A stretch of DNA of 63,769 nt from Candidatus Omnitrophota bacterium (GTDB lineage Bacteria > Omnitrophota > Gorgyraeia > Zapsychrales > Zapsychraceae): assembly GCA_030637405.1 (NCBI GenBank), contig DAOWGP010000040.1:1-63769 (forward strand). The letters are read 5' to 3'. Shown here piece by piece: positions 1-8,542 of the stretch. Position 1 is the first letter of the stretch. Every line of letters begins with the position of its first letter. The translations under genes and the position numbers were made by a program. The notes under the pieces are model-generated. The model searched no databases, was not told the origin of the DNA, and saw only the letters and a program-made list of their open reading frames with translations.

Positions 1-3
1 GTC

Positions 4-1224
4 TTGACCTTTCTAAGAAATTTTCCCAAGAAAACTCATCATGCCCTCCCCCCTCAAATCCAGTCACTTTATATCCATTTCTATTGGAAACTCTTATATA
101 TTCTTGATACCTATATTAAAACAATTCTAAGAACATACCTTCCGGTGTTTGTATTTGAAGGAACTGAAAAAGACGAAAAACAAGATTTGATCTTTGCCTA
201 TGCCGGGACCTGTTTGAACACGCAGGGCTACTGGGCACAGCGGCTATTCCCTTCCGGATTTCGCAAGCAATTCCTCGGCCGATATTGGTTCCGGAAAATT
301 CCTCAAATCTTGAAAGAAAGAAGTCCCGGCTGCGACCTATTACTAACCGAAACAAATGATCTGACATCAAAGATACTGTCACAAAAGCCGGGTTTTAAAA
401 CTGCGCGCTGGGTGCGCATGGAAATTGATATTTCTAAACCATTAAAAAAGATCTGGAAAAGAGGGAAAAACGATGTCCCAAGACGCATCCGAAAACACAA
501 ACTGGAATGCGAAATGACGCGTGATCTTACCAGCCTGGAGGATTTTTATTTCAATATGCATTTACCTTATATTAAAGCCCGCTTCGAGGCAACCGTTGAT
601 CTGCCCAGCTATTCTGAAACTAAAAAAATGCTTTCGATAGGCGAACTATTTCTCATTAAAAAACAGGATCGAACACTGGCCGGAACACTGCTTGAATACC
701 ATAAAAATAAACCAAAAATGCGCATATTGGGCGTCAGAGACGGAAACTGGGAGTACGTTCGTTACGGAGTTGTCGGAGCGACATATTATTTCTCAATTAT
801 TGAAATGCAAAAAAGAGGATTCAAAAAACTCCATATCGGCGGTACACGCCCAATTCTCAACGATGGCCTAACAAAATATAAAATCTCCATTAGCGCAGAA
901 ATCATTCCTGAGAAACCCACTTTCAAGCATTCTTTATGGATGACCCTCTTAAAAGACTCTCCTTCTTTGAGGGACTTTTTGACTAAAAACCCTTTTGTCT
1001 ATTTTTCTAAAGAAAATAAGCCTTGCCGGGCTTTTTTTATGAAAAAAAACCAAGATATGACACGAAATGAATTCCAAAAAAAATATAGATTAACCAATTG
1101 TGGGGGCCTGGAAAAAACAAAAATTTTTCTCTTCGACACAGACACGACACTTTCTGAGTGTTTATGTAGCATCCCCGATGCTCATGCCCACATAGAACCG
1201 GCGCATCTGCGCTTTATTAAATAA
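4..1224 (+). CDS. GNAT/FemAB-like (CelD-type) acyltransferase; 5' end may be truncated by the window edge
   Basis: 406-aa ORF and the only long plus-strand ORF. The frame is open back to position 1, and the track start is TTG. The C-terminal half (ELFLIKKQDRTLAGTLLEY...GVVGATYYFSIIEMQKRGFKKLHIGG) resembles the FemAB/CelD-type GNAT fold from memory. Confidence 0.45.
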   Translation: MTFLRNFPKKTHHALPPQIQSLYIHFYWKLLYILDTYIKTILRTYLPVFVFEGTEKDEKQDLIFAYAGTCLNTQGYWAQRLFPSGFRKQFLGRYWFRKIPQILKERSPGCDLLLTETNDLTSKILSQKPGFKTARWVRMEIDISKPLKKIWKRGKNDVPRRIRKHKLECEMTRDLTSLEDFYFNMHLPYIKARFEATVDLPSYSETKKMLSIGELFLIKKQDRTLAGTLLEYHKNKPKMRILGVRDGNWEYVRYGVVGATYYFSIIEMQKRGFKKLHIGGTRPILNDGLTKYKISISAEIIPEKPTFKHSLWMTLLKDSPSLRDFLTKNPFVYFSKENKPCRAFFMKKNQDMTRNEFQKKYRLTNCGGLEKTKIFLFDTDTTLSECLCSIPDAHAHIEPAHLRFIK

Positions 1225-1269
1225 AAAGTATTGAAAGAATGAGAAGCCGGACTGCTTGTATAGAAGAAA

Positions 1270-2292
1270 TTAAAGCGCTGAGGAAAGTAATTTAGAAAGG
1301 TACTGAAGATTATTAAGGTTTCCTTCAATCTTTCCTTCTTCTCTTTTGGTGTGAAGACTCAAGACCCCGAAAACGCGGTCCTTATCTTGCAAAGGCATGA
1401 CCAGAGCTTCTTTGATTTCCGGCCGTTTTAAGAACTGTTTAATGCGGTTATCCCCTTCTGTTCCATGGATAACAAAAGCGGCATTTTCCTGGGCGGCAAC
1501 ACCAGCTACCCCCTCACCCATTTTGACCTTTACCCCATGAACTTTTTGCGGATCAAGCCCGCGCGAAGCCTTGATCGTTAATTCCTCTTCGTCAGGATCC
1601 TTGACCATGATCGACCCGCATTCGGCATTGGTCATTTTTAACGCGACATCCAAAAGCGTTGCTAAAAGCCCATCAAGGTAAACTGCGGAATAAATCTCTT
1701 GAGCCGTTTCACTAAACTCTTCTGATAAAACCCCCATATCCGATTTCATCTTGTTAAGCTCCCGCTTCCTTAAGCTCAACTCAACATTATCACGGATAAT
1801 CTCAGAAAGCAGGTCCAGGATCGAATTGACCATGATGTTGGAAACAACGCGGATCCCGCCAAGTTCATTAAAAAGCTCCCTCTTGTCGCATCCATATCCT
1901 TCTGCAATTTCTTCATATTCAGAGGCCGAAAGACGCTTGTTCAAGATAACCGGTCCCATGACCATGTAGGCAATGATTTGATCATCTTCGATCTTAATGG
2001 GAATCGCAAAACTGTTAAGGCCATAACGATTGTATGATTCAAAGAATGCCCCGTATTGATCAAACTGCTTATCCACATTGATTGAATCATCCGCGAGATC
2101 AAACTTCAGGGACTGGTCAGTCAAAAGACGCCCGCCATAGCGCCCCCTCTCGGGAGGCAGAATGGTGCGGCCTTCGGCATCGATCACAAAAATATTGACG
2201 CGCAGGACATCGATAAAATGGGAAAGCATATCCCACCATTTCTCCTTATCGATCACTTCGCGCGCTAATTTTTTTAATTCTTCCGGTTTCAT
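1270..2292 (-). CDS. PocR-like sensory domain + GAF domain protein without a recognisable output domain
   Basis: 340 aa. The N-terminal part (VNIFVIDAEGRTILPPERG...) is PocR-like. The C-terminal part is GAF-like (AECGSIMVKD...MGEGVAGVAAQENAAFVIHG). Its start overlaps the stop of the upstream response regulator (2289-2292). Confidence 0.5.
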   Translation of the reverse strand: MKPEELKKLAREVIDKEKWWDMLSHFIDVLRVNIFVIDAEGRTILPPERGRYGGRLLTDQSLKFDLADDSINVDKQFDQYGAFFESYNRYGLNSFAIPIKIEDDQIIAYMVMGPVILNKRLSASEYEEIAEGYGCDKRELFNELGGIRVVSNIMVNSILDLLSEIIRDNVELSLRKRELNKMKSDMGVLSEEFSETAQEIYSAVYLDGLLATLLDVALKMTNAECGSIMVKDPDEEELTIKASRGLDPQKVHGVKVKMGEGVAGVAAQENAAFVIHGTEGDNRIKQFLKRPEIKEALVMPLQDKDRVFGVLSLHTKREEGKIEGNLNNLQYLSKLLSSAL

Positions 2293-3695
2293 TCGTCCCT
2301 CTTATTATCCCCGAAAATATCATACTTCTTCATTTTATTATAAAGCGTTGTCCGGTTGACCCCTAAAACCTCCGCGGCCCTGTTCCGGTTCCAATTGCAG
2401 TCATCAAGAACAGAAATAATGTACTCGCGCTCGGGTTCCTCGACCGCTTTTCTTAGCGTTTTACCGTTATTGTTGTTCAACACCGGATCAGAAATAAATT
2501 TAGAAATATTAGGGATATCCTCCTTGTTAACGATCTCAGTTTTGGCCATAATAACGGCCCCCTCGATCGCATTCTCGAGCTCCCTGACATTTCCTTGCCA
2601 GAAATAATTCTGAAATATATCGACAACCTCGTCTGAAAGCTCGCCAACCTTCTTGCTATTGATCCGGCTGTATTTCTCAAGAAAGTGTCCGGCGATTTGC
2701 TCAATATCCTCCTTGCGTTCCCGCAACGGCGGAGCCTGTATCGCGATAACATTAACCCGGTAATAAAGATCTTCACGGAATTTTCCGGTCGCCACTAAAT
2801 CCGTTAAAGTCTGATTGGTCGCCACAATGATCCGCGCATGCGTCTTTCGCGTCACATTATCCCCCACGCGCTCAAAAACACCATCTTGCAAAACACGAAG
2901 CAGCTTCACCTGAAGGCTTAATGAAAAGGCATCGATTTCATCTAAAAAGACCGTTCCGCCATCGGCATATTCAAAGCGCCCCTCCTTATCCTTGATTGCC
3001 CCGGTAAAAGCCCCTTTGACATGCCCGAAGAGTTCACTTTCCAACAATGTTTCAGAAAGAGCCCCGCAACTGACCTCAACAAACGGCTTCCCCTGACGGG
3101 TCTTATCATTTTCATGAATGGCCCTGGCAATCAGCCCTTTACCCGTACCGCTCTCCCCTGCAATGAGAATGGTCGCATTCGTACTCGCCACAGAATCAAT
3201 CATATGATAAACACTCTGCATTTTCTCACTGGAACCGATCATCGCCCCGTATGCACTTCGACGTTCCCGCGCTAAGAGTTCACGCAAAGTTTCATTTTCC
3301 CTAACGACCCGCTTATTTTCGATCGTCTTTTGTATAATGATCTTGATCTCATTGTCATTAATGGGCTTGGTAACATAATCATAAGCGCCCTTTTTCATGG
3401 CTTCAACCGCCGTCTCGATCGATCCGTATCCGGTGATCATAATAACCTCGGTTTTCGGGTATTCTTTCTTTACGGCCTCTAGAAGATCCATCCCGCTCAT
3501 CTTGGGCAATTTGAAGTCCGTGACAACGATATCAAACTCGTTTTTCGACATAAGCTGCAGGGCTTCCTTCCCTCCCTGGGCCATTTGAACACGGTAACCC
3601 TCAATACGCAGGATCTCATAGAGCGACTCGCGGATCAGAGGTTCATCATCGACGACAAGAATCCTAAAATTTTTATTTCTTTCTTTCAACGACAT
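2289..3695 (-). CDS. Sigma54-dependent response regulator (REC + AAA+ enhancer-binding + Fis-type HTH; NtrC/AtoC/PrsR-like)
   Basis: 468 aa. It has an N-terminal receiver (ILVVDDEPLIRESL...VVTDFKLP), Walker A GESGTGKG and the sigma54-contact loop GAFTGA. The C-terminal HTH reads AAEVLGVNRTTLYNKMKKY. Confidence 0.9.
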   Translation of the reverse strand: MSLKERNKNFRILVVDDEPLIRESLYEILRIEGYRVQMAQGGKEALQLMSKNEFDIVVTDFKLPKMSGMDLLEAVKKEYPKTEVIMITGYGSIETAVEAMKKGAYDYVTKPINDNEIKIIIQKTIENKRVVRENETLRELLARERRSAYGAMIGSSEKMQSVYHMIDSVASTNATILIAGESGTGKGLIARAIHENDKTRQGKPFVEVSCGALSETLLESELFGHVKGAFTGAIKDKEGRFEYADGGTVFLDEIDAFSLSLQVKLLRVLQDGVFERVGDNVTRKTHARIIVATNQTLTDLVATGKFREDLYYRVNVIAIQAPPLRERKEDIEQIAGHFLEKYSRINSKKVGELSDEVVDIFQNYFWQGNVRELENAIEGAVIMAKTEIVNKEDIPNISKFISDPVLNNNNGKTLRKAVEEPEREYIISVLDDCNWNRNRAAEVLGVNRTTLYNKMKKYDIFGDNKRDE

Positions 3696-4984
3696 TATTC
3701 CTTAACCGGTAAATTGATCGTGAAAACGGTTCCATTGCCGGGCTTGCTTTCAACATGGATCTTTCCATCATAGCTTTTAATGATCTCAGCGACAATGGTT
3801 AACCCCAAGCCGCATCCTTTATCCATGTCCTTTGTCGTGAAGAACGGCTCAAAGATCTGCTCCGCCTCTTCTTTTGATATTCCGCGGCCCGTATCACTGA
3901 CAATGATCGTTAAAATATTGTCCGTATACTTTGCCTGGACCGTGATCTTTCCGCCCTCATCTACGGCGTCGGCGGCATTGCGCAGGAGATTGGTCAAAAT
4001 TCCTTCGATCCCCAGGTCTAATATCGACGGAACGCGATCCTGAATCTTTTTCTCAACCTCAATATTTTTATGCGCGATCTCCGCTTTTAAACTTGCTAAA
4101 GCATAATCCAACGCTTCCTTAAAATCAGCCCGCTCTGTGGAAAGCGACTGATTGCGCGTGCACGCCAAAAGGTTCTTGACGATATTGGCCATGCGGTCGA
4201 GCCCGTGCTTTACCTCCAACAGATATCCCCTGACCACATCATCGTGGACATGCTCGAGGCTTAAATTCGTATAGCGCATAACCCCGTCTAAGGGATTGTT
4301 AAATTCATGGGCAATGCCGCCGGCTAATTTACCGAGCGTCGCGAGTTTTTCCTGGATATAGATCTGCTTCTTAAGATACACAGCCTCTTGATCGCTTTGC
4401 CCGAGTTTATCTTTTAAGCTCTGGGCCTCCTTAATGCTTTTCTGAAACTTCTGATAAAGCTGAATGCGCCTATAATTAAGAGCGATCTGACTTGATAAGA
4501 AATCCAGCAGCTGCATTTCATTAGCGTTAAAGTGCAATCCGGACTCTTTATCCGTTATATTGATCACTCCGACAAAATCATCCTTGATCATTAACGGGGC
4601 ACAAATGAACGAAGACGTCCGATATCCTTTTCGCGCCTTGAAATTCGCGAACCGTCCATCTTTGGCGATATCCTCGACAACAATGGGGCGCTTTTCTTCG
4701 GCAACCTTGCCGACAATACCACCTCCCATGCGCTTGACCATCTCCTTTTCTTCGCTACGCTGCATTCCGACTGCAATAGCCAGAACAAGATCGCGGCTAC
4801 CCTCCTTTAAAATAAAAATGGAACCGCGGTTCGCGCCGAACAAAGCCATGATCTTATGCAACGTGATCTCAAAGAGCTTTTCATTACTGTTGACAAAATC
4901 GACAACAGCACAAACATCGTTAATCTTATGAAAAAGATCGGTCTGCGGAATTTCTTCAAAAATAGATTTTTGCGGAATACTCAT
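3695..4984 (-). CDS. Cytoplasmic GAF-domain sensor histidine kinase
   Basis: 429 aa. GAF domain at the N-terminus, H-box GGIAHEFNNPL, and N/G boxes LLRNAADA, DTGRGI and GLGLTIV. No hydrophobic transmembrane segment is visible. It overlaps the regulator start by 1 nt (TAATG). Confidence 0.85.
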   Translation of the reverse strand: MSIPQKSIFEEIPQTDLFHKINDVCAVVDFVNSNEKLFEITLHKIMALFGANRGSIFILKEGSRDLVLAIAVGMQRSEEKEMVKRMGGGIVGKVAEEKRPIVVEDIAKDGRFANFKARKGYRTSSFICAPLMIKDDFVGVINITDKESGLHFNANEMQLLDFLSSQIALNYRRIQLYQKFQKSIKEAQSLKDKLGQSDQEAVYLKKQIYIQEKLATLGKLAGGIAHEFNNPLDGVMRYTNLSLEHVHDDVVRGYLLEVKHGLDRMANIVKNLLACTRNQSLSTERADFKEALDYALASLKAEIAHKNIEVEKKIQDRVPSILDLGIEGILTNLLRNAADAVDEGGKITVQAKYTDNILTIIVSDTGRGISKEEAEQIFEPFFTTKDMDKGCGLGLTIVAEIIKSYDGKIHVESKPGNGTVFTINLPVKE

Positions 4985-4985
4985 C

Positions 4986-5885
4986 TTATTTTAAGTCTGA
5001 AGCCTCAACGCCCTTTCCTCTGAGCTGATGAAAGGCGTCAATAACCTTTTCTAAATAACCATTCAAACGATGCCCGGGATTCCGGTCAATGATCCCCTGG
5101 TATAGCTTGATCGCGATATCGTAATCCTGAAGCTGATAGGCAGAAACAATGTTGATTGTCTTAATGGTCATATCCGCGTTTTCAATCGTCAAATATCCCG
5201 AATCCACGTACTTCTCGATAACAACGCCTAATGTCTCGACCGCCTCAGCCCATCGGTTTTGTTCAAGATAACAATTCGAAAGATAGCGCGTGGCGTTTAA
5301 ACCAACCCGCGTATTATCATGGTCAGAGGCCATTTTTTTATAATAACGCACAGCAACTTCATAAGCCTCCATAGTCCTTTGAAAATCATTCTCGTTCCTG
5401 TAATAATTCGCGATATAAATCGGCACGCGCATCGCCGTATCCGTTTTAGAATACTCGCGGATGATCACATTATAAACTTTGTTGGCCTCGACCCAATTCC
5501 GCTCAAATTCATGAGTCTGACCTATTTTAAACATCGCCTCAGCCGAAAGCTCTTGGTTCTCAGGATGCAGCTTGATAATGTCATTAAAGATCTTGCGCGC
5601 TTGCGCGTAATCCTTTTTAAGCGCGTACACCTCCCCAAGACGAATATGAAGTCCCGGCGTAAGGCGGGAATCAGGATGTTGGCTAATAATCTTTTCATAC
5701 TCCGCGATAACATCCTCAAAAGTTCTATCCGGAATAACAACTGGATCTTTGGCAATATCGATATGCTTTTGATAAAGCTTCCAAGCCTTTCTTTCAACAG
5801 TATAATCCCCCTTGTGGCCCAATACAAACAATACAGCAAACAGCCCAACCAGAATCGAGAGATAAATAACAAGGGCTTTCTTCAT
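4986..5885 (-). CDS. TPR-repeat protein with N-terminal membrane anchor/signal
   Basis: 299 aa. Hydrophobic N-terminus (ALVIYLSILVGLFAVLFVL) followed by repeated TPR-like 34-aa units (A..Y...G..Y..A). ATGA overlap with the upstream gene. Confidence 0.6.
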   Translation of the reverse strand: MKKALVIYLSILVGLFAVLFVLGHKGDYTVERKAWKLYQKHIDIAKDPVVIPDRTFEDVIAEYEKIISQHPDSRLTPGLHIRLGEVYALKKDYAQARKIFNDIIKLHPENQELSAEAMFKIGQTHEFERNWVEANKVYNVIIREYSKTDTAMRVPIYIANYYRNENDFQRTMEAYEVAVRYYKKMASDHDNTRVGLNATRYLSNCYLEQNRWAEAVETLGVVIEKYVDSGYLTIENADMTIKTINIVSAYQLQDYDIAIKLYQGIIDRNPGHRLNGYLEKVIDAFHQLRGKGVEASDLK

Positions 5886-6754
5886 GAGTGCTCTTTCTTT
5901 AATAGGTAATACATGGTAATAGCCGTATAAACCGTTGCGTCAATGAACACGGTGACCAAAATACTGACGATAATGACCAGCACGCGCGCTTCGGGAAATG
6001 TGGTCTGCGCGATACCGCCAATATTACCGCGCAATAACAAGACCGGCAAATAAAACACTGTCGGCAAAAACACAAGAACAGCGACAAACCAGAACGATCC
6101 CCAAAGATGCTTGAAATTTAATCCGATCGCCGGAAATATTTTTTTCTTCTCAATGGCAATAAGCGGAAAGACAAACGCGAAAACCGTGGTTACAAAAACC
6201 CCGATCAAAAGATTGAAATGCGGGGCCCCTTTAATAACAACCGTTTTTATAATAAAGAAAATACCTTCTGTTGAACTGATCGCTAAAGCACGAACGATCA
6301 TCAAACCATAAACCTTATGGAGACCGTAAAACATGCAAAATGATATCAGGGCCCCGACAAAGATATGCACATACTGCGAAAAAACATCCCGGCAAGCGGA
6401 TAAAAATCTGACTTTCCGGCCATCATTGATCGCGGCAATAATCGCTATGGCTACCGCAATAAAAAAGCTGCTAACAAAAATATACAAGGGGATCTGGGCA
6501 TATTGGAATAATTTGGGAAGAATAATGAAATTACTCGGATAGTGTATAAATTCTTCACCCCATAGCGTCCGGATAATGGGATTGAAAAAATCTGATAGCG
6601 GGAATCTTGGAACAAAATACAGTATTTCCAAGACAAAAACCTGGACAAAAGCTATGGTTACGAAAGGGACTAGTATGATCGGATGGGTTGTGAATGTATT
6701 GATCGCGCCTCGTAAGAGACCAACAAGCTCCTTAGGAACTTTTTTCCGTGGCAT
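5882..6754 (-). CDS. Polytopic inner-membrane protein, unknown function
   Basis: 290 aa with at least 6 hydrophobic helices. It is the first gene after the sigma70-like promoter at 6812-6840. Confidence 0.5.
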   Translation of the reverse strand: MPRKKVPKELVGLLRGAINTFTTHPIILVPFVTIAFVQVFVLEILYFVPRFPLSDFFNPIIRTLWGEEFIHYPSNFIILPKLFQYAQIPLYIFVSSFFIAVAIAIIAAINDGRKVRFLSACRDVFSQYVHIFVGALISFCMFYGLHKVYGLMIVRALAISSTEGIFFIIKTVVIKGAPHFNLLIGVFVTTVFAFVFPLIAIEKKKIFPAIGLNFKHLWGSFWFVAVLVFLPTVFYLPVLLLRGNIGGIAQTTFPEARVLVIIVSILVTVFIDATVYTAITMYYLLKKEHS

Positions 6755-6811
6755 TTGACATTCCTGACTATTTTTTCTGTAAATCTTTATATATGAATGA
6801 ATTAGAGTAAA

Positions 6812-6840
6812 ATTCTATCACAAACTCGTAAATGTGTCAA
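6812..6840 (-). promoter_or_regulatory. Sigma70-type promoter candidate for the membrane protein / TPR / kinase / regulator operon
   Basis: The minus strand reads TTGACA (6840-6835), a 17-nt spacer, then TAGAAT (6817-6812). This lies about 55 nt upstream of the ATG at 6754. Confidence 0.45.
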
Positions 6841-6900
6841 ATCGTATCAGCAACCTTCCTTATACATATTATATAGAATATTAATATTAATAGAGAGAGC

Positions 6901-6937
6901 AAAAAAATAAGGCAGATTATACAGTTCATAATCTACC
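6901..6937 (-). terminator. Rho-independent terminator after the PEP-CTERM gene pair
   Basis: Minus strand GGTAGATTAT-gaactgt-ATAATCTGCC forms a 10-bp stem with one G-U pair. It is followed by TTATTTTTTT. Confidence 0.6.
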
Positions 6938-7023
6938 CTATTATATACACTCTCCCCATAGTATATGTGGTTTTTATATATCCAATAGTTTCTTATTTTG
7001 AATTTTGTAATACGAAACTGCCG

Positions 7024-7302
7024 TTACTTTTTTCGACTTGAAAAATACGTCATCGCGGCTAAACCGCCGCCGATAAGCAACATACTGGCCGGTTCCGGAT
7101 TAACTAACGTCGCAACTTCAGCTCCACCTAATGTAGCATCCGCTGCAGCTCCCCCTAAGAGAGCGATCCCGCCTCCAATACCAGTACTGCCGAAAAGGAA
7201 GCTCGCTAATGAGCTGACGCCGCCTGAACCACATCCATAGACAAAAGGAAGGGCTCCAGCTAGAACAACGAGTTTTAGGAATTTAGAAAAACCTTTTCCC
7301 AT
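7024..7302 (-). CDS. Small Gly-rich PEP-CTERM protein (92 aa) with lipobox-like N-terminal signal
   Basis: The N-terminus is KFLKLVVLAGALPFVYGC. The C-terminus, NPEPASMLLIGGGLAAMTYFSSRKK, has the PEP motif, a hydrophobic helix and a basic tail. RBS GAGAGGAG lies upstream. Confidence 0.85.
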   Translation of the reverse strand: MGKGFSKFLKLVVLAGALPFVYGCGSGGVSSLASFLFGSTGIGGGIALLGGAAADATLGGAEVATLVNPEPASMLLIGGGLAAMTYFSSRKK

Positions 7303-7306
7303 TTTA

Positions 7307-7618
7307 CTACTCCTCTCTTTCTTGATTCTTTACTTGCTTATTATAACGATTTGCTTTCGACTTAAAATACGTCATTACCGCCAAACCACTTCCCAACAGT
7401 AACATGCTGGCAGGCTCAGGCTGACTCAATGTCGCAAGTTCAGTTCCAACACCTAGGCCAGTATCTTTTACAGTGGTTAAAAGGCCGATACCAGTACTTC
7501 CACCGAAAAGGAACCCGAGCAACGCGCCAGTACCAGCGCTTGATCCGCATCCATAGATGAAAGGAAGCGCTCCAGCTAGCGTAATGAGCTTAAGGAATTT
7601 TGAATATTTTTTTTCCAT
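7307..7618 (-). CDS. Small Gly-rich PEP-CTERM protein (103 aa), paralog of 7024-7302
   Basis: The start is moved to the ATG at 7618 (MEKKYSKFLKLITLAGALPFIYGC), which is preceded by AAAGGAGG. The C-terminal part is QPEPASMLLLGSGLAVMTYFKSK plus a 17-aa charged tail. The track ORF start at 7672 would overlap the upstream gene. Confidence 0.85.
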   Translation of the reverse strand: MEKKYSKFLKLITLAGALPFIYGCGSSAGTGALLGFLFGGSTGIGLLTTVKDTGLGVGTELATLSQPEPASMLLLGSGLAVMTYFKSKANRYNKQVKNQEREE

Positions 7619-7640
7619 TTTAATCTGCCTCCTTTCTTGT

Positions 7641-8489
7641 TTATCGCGCGCCTTCACCTGTTGCAACAACACGGAAGGTGCGCATCATGATATCAAAATC
7701 AGCCCAGAAACACATCTTCTTAACATAAAGAAGATCATATCTAAGTTTCTTTTTGACATCTTCAACTGTTTCATCATAACAATGCCAAACCTGAGCTAAT
7801 CCGGTAATCCCCGGCTTAACAGCAAGCCGTTGTTCATAACCAGAAATTTCTTCTTTAAATCTTTCAACAAAGATCGGCCTTTCCGGCCTCGGCCCGATAA
7901 GACTCATCTCCCCCTTGAGAATGTTGATAAACTGAGGAATCTCATCGATATGGGCTTTGCGCAGGAAACCACCAACAAGTGTCAAACGGCTATCATTCTC
8001 TGCCGCCCAAACAGGGCCTGTTTCCTTCTCCGCATCAATTGCCATGGTACGGAATTTATACATTTTAAAAAGTCTTCCCTTCTTCCCGACACGCACTTGA
8101 GAATAGAAAATAGGTCCTTTAGAGGTCAACCTCACCAGCAGTGCCGTAATAAGAAATAATGGTGAGAGAACAATAATCCCGACAATAGACGTAATCATAT
8201 CAAAAATGCGCTTTGCGAAGGCATACGTGCGCCGCATAAAGCTTATGATCATACCTAAGAGACCGCTCGCGAATAAAGCCATTGTTGTAGGCTCAGGAGC
8301 GCGCGCTCTTGGGGCTCTTTGTGCATCGTAAGAAGCCTCTGAATCTTCGGTATCTACACAAAGACGCGAACATTCAACGGATGTAATTGATGAAAATGCC
8401 GCCCAGGCGGTATCCACAAATAACGCGAATACTGTGACGACCGCAACAACGGCTAAAAGGCTCTTTATTCTTTTTCGGATTTTCTTCAT
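7641..8489 (-). CDS. Polyprenyl-phosphate sugar-phosphate transferase (bacterial sugar transferase domain) with N-terminal signal peptide and an embedded PEP-CTERM-like module
   Basis: 282 aa. Residues 1-30 are signal-peptide-like (…FVDTAWA/AF). Residues 65-87, APEPTTMALFASGLLGMIISFMRR, form the PEP-CTERM-like module. The sugar transferase core follows: KRIFDMITSIVGIIVLSPLFLITALLVRLTSKGPIFYSQVRVG ... IGPRPERP ... KPGITGLAQV. Confidence 0.85.
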   Translation of the reverse strand: MKKIRKRIKSLLAVVAVVTVFALFVDTAWAAFSSITSVECSRLCVDTEDSEASYDAQRAPRARAPEPTTMALFASGLLGMIISFMRRTYAFAKRIFDMITSIVGIIVLSPLFLITALLVRLTSKGPIFYSQVRVGKKGRLFKMYKFRTMAIDAEKETGPVWAAENDSRLTLVGGFLRKAHIDEIPQFINILKGEMSLIGPRPERPIFVERFKEEISGYEQRLAVKPGITGLAQVWHCYDETVEDVKKKLRYDLLYVKKMCFWADFDIMMRTFRVVATGEGAR

Positions 8490-8542
8490 AATATTTTCCG
8501 CTTTTGAAAGCGCTTTCTTTTTTTGATTCTTACCCGAAACAG

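Noticed and set aside
3695-4984. Calling the kinase a PrsK ortholog and the TPR protein (4986-5885) PrsT.
   Set aside because: The kinase lacks the multi-TM N-terminal region, and the TPR protein is far shorter than PrsT as I recall them. Only the functional analogy is retained.
7619-7672. Long N-terminal extensions in the ORF track (7307-7672, 13567-14265, 15922-16473, 37716-39020, 38917-40353, 53538-55121, 61425-62372, 24326-26005).
   Set aside because: In each case an internal ATG has a better RBS, abuts or minimally overlaps the upstream stop, and begins the recognisable domain or signal. The extensions overlap the upstream gene.
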